The notes beneath the pieces were generated by a model that saw only the letters and a list, made by a program, of their open reading frames with translations, had not been told where the DNA came from and did no database searches. DNA of 64,000 bases from an uncultured Candidatus Saccharibacteria bacterium (GTDB lineage: Bacteria > Patescibacteriota > WWE3 > 2-01-FULL-39-13). Location: NCBI GenBank assembly GCA_964370865.1, contig CAYJKF010000004.1, positions 22,734-86,733 on the forward strand. Direction: 5' to 3'. Each line of letters opens with the position of its first letter. The first letter of the stretch is position 1. Shown here piece after piece: positions 58,672-64,000 of the stretch. Both the position numbers and the translations under genes were made by a program.

Positions 58672-59964
58672 TTAGAGTGATTTAACTATTTCAACTGCTT
58701 TATCTAATTGGACATCTTTAAGATTTTTAATGTCTTCGTCGGTGAATTCCACTACATGATCTGGTTTGATTCCACCTTTTATTTCATTTCCTTCTTTGTC
58801 TTTCTCGTTATATTTGCTGTCCTCGAAATCTGAGTTATATTTATCAATCCAATTTCCTGCTGGTGTTAACCATTTTGCAATTGTTACGTGTAAAGATGCA
58901 CCGTCATTAAATTCTTCGGCTTTTTGAACACTTCCCTTTCCATATGATCTCATTCCGACTATTTGAGCATTTGCCTTTTCTTTTAGTGCTGCGGTAACTA
59001 TTTCTGCTGCTGAGGCCGAACCTTCATTAATAATTACAACAAGTGGAACTGGTTTTTCTACAAATTTTCCTTTTCTTTCAACTTCATAGTCATCTGAGGT
59101 TCCATCTGATAATTCTTCTCTTACAACACTTACGCCAGTATTTATGAATTCCGATGAAATATAAACTGACGATTGCAAATATCCTCCTGGATTATTTCTT
59201 ACATCAAGAACAATTCCCTTTAGATTAGGCATTTGAGTTATAATTTCTGAAATTGCCTTATCCCACTCTTTATTAGTTGTTTCTCCAAATCGAGTTAATT
59301 TAATGAGTGCGATTCCATCACCCTTGTCTTCCCAGGTAACGCTGTCTACTTTGATAGTCTGTCTTGTAACTACAACATCTTTTGGAAGTTCAAAACTATC
59401 TCTATAGATATTTAAAGTAACTGAAGTTCCAGCTTGACCTCTAATTTTTGATACTGCGGTGTTTATTGTGTAACCTGCGGTATCTTCTCCATTTATAGCC
59501 AAAATGTTATCCCCAGCCATTAATCCCGCTTCTATCGCAGGTGAATTAGCTAATGGCGTTTGAATAATTAATCTTTTATCCTCGTCATATCCAAGTTGGG
59601 CACCGATTCCTTCATATAATCCATTTAAGGAATCTAAACTTTCTTTATTTTCTTCTACATTTAAATAAGTGGTATAAGGATCTCCGATTGCATCAACCAT
59701 TCCATGGATTGCACCATCTAGTAATTTTGTGGGATCAAGTGGCTTTCGAACATGTTTTTGATTTAACATATCCCAAACTTCCCAAAATCTTGCAAAGTCT
59801 ACATCTTTAGGTGTTTCTGCCTCTTTATTTTTAATTTCAATTGGAATAACTTCTTTTTTTATATTTACGTCGTAGCCTTTAGAGCCAAAGTAGTACCCTC
59901 CAATTGCTGCACCTAAAAGTAAAAACAACGTAGTGATGATATTTTGTATTCGCTTAACGTCCAT
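58672..59964 (-). CDS. S41 carboxyl-terminal processing peptidase (Ctp) with PDZ domain
   Basis: PDZ followed by an S41 catalytic region (GSASAAEIV Ser, downstream Lys). N-terminal TM. Confidence 0.85.
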   Translation of the reverse strand: MDVKRIQNIITTLFLLLGAAIGGYYFGSKGYDVNIKKEVIPIEIKNKEAETPKDVDFARFWEVWDMLNQKHVRKPLDPTKLLDGAIHGMVDAIGDPYTTYLNVEENKESLDSLNGLYEGIGAQLGYDEDKRLIIQTPLANSPAIEAGLMAGDNILAINGEDTAGYTINTAVSKIRGQAGTSVTLNIYRDSFELPKDVVVTRQTIKVDSVTWEDKGDGIALIKLTRFGETTNKEWDKAISEIITQMPNLKGIVLDVRNNPGGYLQSSVYISSEFINTGVSVVREELSDGTSDDYEVERKGKFVEKPVPLVVIINEGSASAAEIVTAALKEKANAQIVGMRSYGKGSVQKAEEFNDGASLHVTIAKWLTPAGNWIDKYNSDFEDSKYNEKDKEGNEIKGGIKPDHVVEFTDEDIKNLKDVQLDKAVEIVKSL

Positions 59965-59970
59965 AACTAT

Positions 59971-60813
59971 CTATTTATAACTGATTAGGGATGTAATATC
60001 AAATGAGTAGTTATTGAGCCAATCTGGCACTTTTCCGGTTGGAATAACTAACCTCGAATATTCACTGTCATACCAAACTACACTATCAATATTATTTCTA
60101 AATAAATCTTTGAGATTCTTGGTTATTTTAATATCGCCGTATCCGAAAATTATTCCAAGTGCTGCGTTAAAAGTAATTAACGATTGAAAATGAGTATAAT
60201 CTGTTGAAAATGCAAATATTCCTCTGGCACCAAGAGCAGAAATAATTGGGTATGTTTCACTATCGATTTGCTCAACTACGACGATTTTATCTTTAAATTG
60301 ATCTTTGTCTGGGTTCTCAATAAATTTGTGTGGATCTTCTAAATATGCCAGCCTTGAAACTTGAGATGGCCCTTTACCCACGAGTAAATTAATTACCAAT
60401 GATTTTTCTTTGACAACCAAACCCGTAAGAGTTTTTTCAATGACTTTACCCGGAAATTCAGCTTTAACAATCTGTTTAGACTCAGTGCTGTTATCATTTT
60501 GAGTTTTTACATATACATTCTTGTCATCAATATTTGTCACTACTCCTAAAATGCCAGATTTAACAGGCTTTTTCTTTAATTTTCCAGCTGTTGATATTAT
60601 GGTGTCTTCTACTAGATCCTCACCTATGGTTACGAGCAATTTACCTTCATAGGGAATTTCGACTATTTTTTCTCCTCCAGTTAATTCAATTTCAGCATCC
60701 AATTCTAAATAATCTCCAACATTGATATCAACATCACCGTTTTTATGTTCTATAAGGTAAAAAACATCTTTATATTGTATTTTATCTTTAATCATCCTGT
60801 TTATTTCGAGCAT
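59971..60813 (-). CDS. hypothetical protein
   Basis: 280-aa ORF. Overlaps the start of the next gene. Confidence 0.45.
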   Translation of the reverse strand: MLEINRMIKDKIQYKDVFYLIEHKNGDVDINVGDYLELDAEIELTGGEKIVEIPYEGKLLVTIGEDLVEDTIISTAGKLKKKPVKSGILGVVTNIDDKNVYVKTQNDNSTESKQIVKAEFPGKVIEKTLTGLVVKEKSLVINLLVGKGPSQVSRLAYLEDPHKFIENPDKDQFKDKIVVVEQIDSETYPIISALGARGIFAFSTDYTHFQSLITFNAALGIIFGYGDIKITKNLKDLFRNNIDSVVWYDSEYSRLVIPTGKVPDWLNNYSFDITSLISYK

Positions 60814-61699
60814 CTAAATAAACTCCATTACTACACCCAAGGACTTCTAAATCGACCTTATTCTTAGGGTCATCCAATTTAATTGTTAAAGATTGTTTCT
60901 CGCTAATTTTAAATTTAGTGATTTTTTTAAGATCATGGTTTTCTTCTGGTTTCTTTTCATCGATATATAAATCCAATTTTTCTTCAGTATTTGGAACTAC
61001 CACTAATTTTTGATCGATATGAATTGGGTTCGTCTTAAAAAAGCTAACCGGATCGCTTTTTGAATGTATTAATGCAGCTAAGGTTGGAATCATAAAGCAA
61101 CCGTAGTCATAGGTAAATTCAAATATATGGTTGATATCACAAATATTTGCAAATTCTTCAACCACGAGTGGTCTAATTTTACGTTCGATATCATCATCTA
61201 AATCTTCAAAGGTAACGATAAATTCTTGCAAATGAACTTTTGGATTTATTGAGTTTTGAAAATGCTGTCTAATTCGGTAACGAGTAATTTTATCAACTAC
61301 TTTAACATCAAAATCCTCATTGTAGGCCACAAAATTTGCATATCTATTTAATAGTTCGGGCTCATTTTTAAAAGCATCAAAAGCATTATCAAAATTAATA
61401 AAAAGAATTCTGTCACCAAGACTGGTTAGTACCTGTTGAAAACTGTAAGTTTGCCAATGCTCTATATCTTTAATGTGTCCATTGAATACAGCGATTTTGT
61501 CAGCTCCATCGAACTCTGTTGGAGATATTTCTAAGTTATGACAAAGTATATCTTTTAATTTAGTTGAATCGATTGTGTTGAAAAAAGGATCAGCGCTATA
61601 ACTGTGTTTAATAAAAACTCTATTTATTACTGAAAAAGGATCAACATCCAATACAACAGCGCTTATCCAATTATTAGAAACGAAAAGGGACAGAAGCAT
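60788..61699 (-). CDS. hypothetical protein
   Basis: 303-aa acidic ORF. Confidence 0.45.
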   Translation of the reverse strand: MLLSLFVSNNWISAVVLDVDPFSVINRVFIKHSYSADPFFNTIDSTKLKDILCHNLEISPTEFDGADKIAVFNGHIKDIEHWQTYSFQQVLTSLGDRILFINFDNAFDAFKNEPELLNRYANFVAYNEDFDVKVVDKITRYRIRQHFQNSINPKVHLQEFIVTFEDLDDDIERKIRPLVVEEFANICDINHIFEFTYDYGCFMIPTLAALIHSKSDPVSFFKTNPIHIDQKLVVVPNTEEKLDLYIDEKKPEENHDLKKITKFKISEKQSLTIKLDDPKNKVDLEVLGCSNGVYLDARNKQDD

Positions 61700-61716
61700 A
61701 CAATCATTCTACCTTA

Positions 61717-61977
61717 TTAGTTTAAAGTGTGTCGATCTGTGAAAGGAATCATAGCTAAGAATCTAGCTTTTTTAATTTCGTTTTGAAGTTTTCGTTGAGC
61801 TTTTGCAGAAATTCCAGTCATTGATGATGGAAGAACCTTGAATCTGCTACTCATAAATTTTAATAATAAAGATGGATTTTTGTATGTAATTTCCATCAAT
61901 TTTATTTTCTTTAAAGTAGCATCTGCTTTTGGTCTTACTTCTTTTCTTTTTTGCTTTTGTTTTTTACCTTTTGCCAT
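61717..61977 (-). CDS. rpsR: 30S ribosomal protein S18
   Basis: C-terminus ARFLAMIPFTDRH. Position matches rpsF-ssb-rpsR synteny. Confidence 0.85.
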   Translation of the reverse strand: MAKGKKQKQKRKEVRPKADATLKKIKLMEITYKNPSLLLKFMSSRFKVLPSSMTGISAKAQRKLQNEIKKARFLAMIPFTDRHTLN

Positions 61978-61984
61978 ATATTAA

Positions 61985-62458
61985 TTAAAACTTTGTGTCG
62001 GTAGGATTACTGGCAGGTGTATCCGCACCTAAATCAAATGCTCCGCCGATTTCATCCATTCCAATATCTTCTACATTATCTTCGGTTGCGTGGATTTCTC
62101 CTCCATTACCAGCGTCTCTTGGACTTGAGAGTATAAACATATCACTTGCCACAACCTCTGTCCTTCTCATCTTTTGACCTGTTTTTTGATCATCCCAAGC
62201 AGTTGTTGATAATCGTCCTTCTATCCAAACTTTGCTACCTTTTTTTAGGATTTTAGCGCAAATCTCAGCTAATTTAGACCAAGCAACAACATTCGTAAAC
62301 TCTGCGGACTCTACAACATTCTGTGAAGAATCTTTGTATTTTCTATTAGTTGCAACTCCGAAAGTTGCGATTGGAGTTCCACTAGATGTATATCTAAGCT
62401 CTGGATCTCTTGTTAAGTTACCAATTAAAAATACTTTGTTTAGCGACCTTGTTGACAT
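61985..62458 (-). CDS. ssb: single-stranded DNA-binding protein
   Basis: OB fold N-terminus LNKVFLIGNLTRDPELRYT, a Gly-rich linker and an acidic tail DTKF. Confidence 0.9.
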   Translation of the reverse strand: MSTRSLNKVFLIGNLTRDPELRYTSSGTPIATFGVATNRKYKDSSQNVVESAEFTNVVAWSKLAEICAKILKKGSKVWIEGRLSTTAWDDQKTGQKMRRTEVVASDMFILSSPRDAGNGGEIHATEDNVEDIGMDEIGGAFDLGADTPASNPTDTKF

Positions 62459-62549
62459 TTTTTCTCCTTATTCCCTTTTATATAAACTATTTAATAAACT
62501 TAAATTATCAGGCAGTAATGAAATAATTTTAAGATTTTTATTAAATCTA

Positions 62550-62843
62550 TTATTCCTCAGCTTCAACTAAACTTAACAAATTTCTAACAACACCCTCTGT
62601 GTGATTTAGATATGTTACTACTGAATTTACCTTAAGTGAGTCGATATCAAGCTTGTTTATGTGATAGAACGCTTGTTCGAATTTTCCGACTTTATAAGCC
62701 AAATTCTTTAGTCCCCAGTCATCTATAATCTTAATTTTGCCACCTAATTCAGTGACTTTATCGCTTAATCCTTTAAAAATAGCGTCTAAATCGGCCTTTT
62801 TTAGGTCTGGGCTGTACATAATTACTAATTCGTATGAGTTCAT
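62550..62843 (-). CDS. rpsF: 30S ribosomal protein S6
   Basis: MNSYELVIMYSPDL N-terminus, 97 aa. Confidence 0.85.
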   Translation of the reverse strand: MNSYELVIMYSPDLKKADLDAIFKGLSDKVTELGGKIKIIDDWGLKNLAYKVGKFEQAFYHINKLDIDSLKVNSVVTYLNHTEGVVRNLLSLVEAEE

Positions 62844-62955
62844 AACACGAAAATAATAGCATGGAAATATTGAGCAAGCAACGCTTTTTGAGGATTGGTA
62901 CTAAGCGAAGGTATAGTAAGAAAATATCTTTACCATACCTTCGATAGCTTAATTC

Positions 62956-63135
62956 TTACTTTTGAAGTCTTTCTGCTTCGTCTTTTGATAAGATCTTGAA
63001 TAATTTCAATTCTTTACCATCTTTATTCAAAACAGCTTTTGCAGCTAATCTGCCGTTCTTCATTGTAACTACTTCAACTGCTGATTCTTCTACTTCAACA
63101 GATTGTTTAATCTGAACGCTATAAAATGTAACCAT
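62956..63135 (-). CDS. small hypothetical protein (59 aa), not in ORF track
   Basis: Manual translation gives MVTFYSVQIKQSVEVEESAVEVVTMKNGRLAAKAVLNKDGKELKLFKILSKDEAERLQK. Lies upstream of rpsF on the same strand. Confidence 0.3.
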   Translation of the reverse strand: MVTFYSVQIKQSVEVEESAVEVVTMKNGRLAAKAVLNKDGKELKLFKILSKDEAERLQK

Positions 63136-63241
63136 TAAATATCACCTACTTTCATAATTTTAAAATCCATAAAAGCAATAATACTATATTTTAAGTTCAA
63201 ATTGTCAAAAAATGAGTTTGTGATAATATTCTCTCCATATT

Positions 63242-63856
63242 ATGACTGACACATTGGAAGTTGAAGATTCTAATAACGGTTATCAAAATTGGCGCTTTCC
63301 AGAAGGAACACTCATAGAACGATCTCCGAATGGTGGATTCTATATTTATGATCTTACTGGTAAACGACGTTGGAGCTGTTCTAGTTTTACATCAAAGGAT
63401 AATGAGAAAACCATAATCATTGAATTAGCGTGTCGTGTGGGTAGATCTTGGCACCGCCTAATTGATTATACTAAGGTGTGGAATGCTACCACTGGAGACC
63501 TACTCTGCACGGCAATTACGGTGAATGTTTTATATGATGCTAATCCCTATAAAATAGCGGAATATGACGATTCAACCTCTTGTCGACGAGTTGACTATAA
63601 CAGCAATTCTGATGGAACATTATCTCCCATTTCAAGTGCAGCATATTCTGGACCACGAAGTAGCATAGTATCTGATTTGAAACAGCATCATGCGCTAGCT
63701 ACAACAATGTCAGAACTCCCATTTCAAATTGACGTTGAATCAACTGGTCAAAATCTTTTTGAAATGTTCGCAAACGGGCAATTTGATACTCCCGAGTTCG
63801 TACTTCCGCAACCTGATACCGTTACCGAATTAGGCAGCATTTTGGTGGACCTCTGA
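63242..63856 (+). CDS. hypothetical protein
   Basis: 204-aa ORF. Confidence 0.45.
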   Translation: MTDTLEVEDSNNGYQNWRFPEGTLIERSPNGGFYIYDLTGKRRWSCSSFTSKDNEKTIIIELACRVGRSWHRLIDYTKVWNATTGDLLCTAITVNVLYDANPYKIAEYDDSTSCRRVDYNSNSDGTLSPISSAAYSGPRSSIVSDLKQHHALATTMSELPFQIDVESTGQNLFEMFANGQFDTPEFVLPQPDTVTELGSILVDL

Positions 63857-63869
63857 TATAATTTACCGG

Positions 63870-64000
63870 ATGAGCCAATTAGCCGTAGGAATTGTTGGTT
63901 TACCGAATGTAGGTAAATCTACATTATTTAATTCAATACTAAAACGTGAACAGGCGTTAAGCGCAAATTATCCTTTTGCAACAATCGATCCTAATATCGG
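63870..64000 (+). CDS. ychF: ribosome-binding ATPase YchF (partial, N-terminus only)
   Basis: [24 protein letters not shown] is the YchF G1 motif. Runs off the window. Confidence 0.8.
   Translation, partial: MSQLAVGIVGLPNVGKSTLFNSILKREQALSANYPFATIDPNI

Noticed and set aside
54563-62570. Antisense ORFs 54563..54775, 56383..56568, 56760..56942, 56898..57161, 61995..62177 and 62232..62570
   Set aside because: They overlap EamA, prfA, ssb and the rpsF upstream region. No support.
62908-62942. Hairpin GAAGGTATAGTAA...TTACCATACCTTC between the small ORF and rpsF, considered as a rho-independent terminator
   Set aside because: No U-tract follows on either strand, so it is not called as a terminator.
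1-64000. CRISPR arrays, rRNA genes and IS transposases
   Set aside because: No regularly spaced direct repeats, no rRNA-like conserved blocks and no transposase-like ORF were found anywhere in the window.

Overview
This 64-kb window is low-GC (~35%) and read with the standard genetic code; TGA acts as a stop. It is compact, with genes often overlapping by 1-4 bp, and several proteins are minimal versions (HolB-like, YebC, Rel). Together with a large type IV pilus (T4P) locus and giant secreted proteins, this resembles a reduced-genome, possibly episymbiotic bacterium such as Saccharibacteria/CPR. That lineage assignment is an inference.

Main content on the minus strand, 1-14.2 kb:
- Two adjacent Cys-rich secreted proteins, one of them a 1665-aa giant surface protein.
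- Two paralogous bitopic membrane proteins.
- Seven tandem pilin or pseudopilin genes, several with Ala or Ser instead of Gly at the -1 position of the prepilin cleavage motif.
- pilD, overlapping a minimal holB-like gene.

Main content on the plus strand, 14.9-30.9 kb:
- pilB-pilT-pilC.
- gyrB and gyrA, separated by a membrane protein gene and ppa.
- tspO, rnhB, a VirD4/TrwB-like P-loop ATPase and pyk.

Remaining content:
- 31-40 kb (minus strand): a Xer-like tyrosine recombinase next to an 800-bp AT-rich region with no ORFs, then a membrane protein, ruvC-yebC, an LCP-like protein, rluA-family, dksA/traR-like, an Lgt-like membrane protein, efp and dnaB.
- 40-48 kb: an accessory-looking region. 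It holds tRNA-Leu(CAA), a DUF1905-like gene, cupin, MBL hydrolase, a small Rel, two atypical tRNA-like genes, tRNA-Ala(CGC), a PGI/PMI isomerase, RNase P RNA (not in the ORF track), tag and tRNA-Ser(TGA). It also holds a family of short palindromic/MITE-like repeats (core GGTCCGACCTTTAA / CAGAGCGGACC) and two paralogous ~100-nt structured elements whose closing stems covary.
- 48-64 kb: a second, paralogous VirD4-like ATPase; a GldA/GldF-GldG-like ABC system; an EamA transporter; a metallophosphoesterase; rpmE; prfA; htrA; ctpA; the rpsF-ssb-rpsR operon; the 5' end of ychF.

No CRISPR array, rRNA or obvious transposase was found.

The most interesting candidates:
- The T4P locus with non-canonical pilin leaders and Cys-rich adhesin-like giants.
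- The duplicated coupling-protein-like ATPases.
- The repeat family, including copies inside the rnhB coding sequence.
- The tRNA-dense non-coding block carrying tRNA-like genes with aberrant anticodon loops and covarying structured elements.
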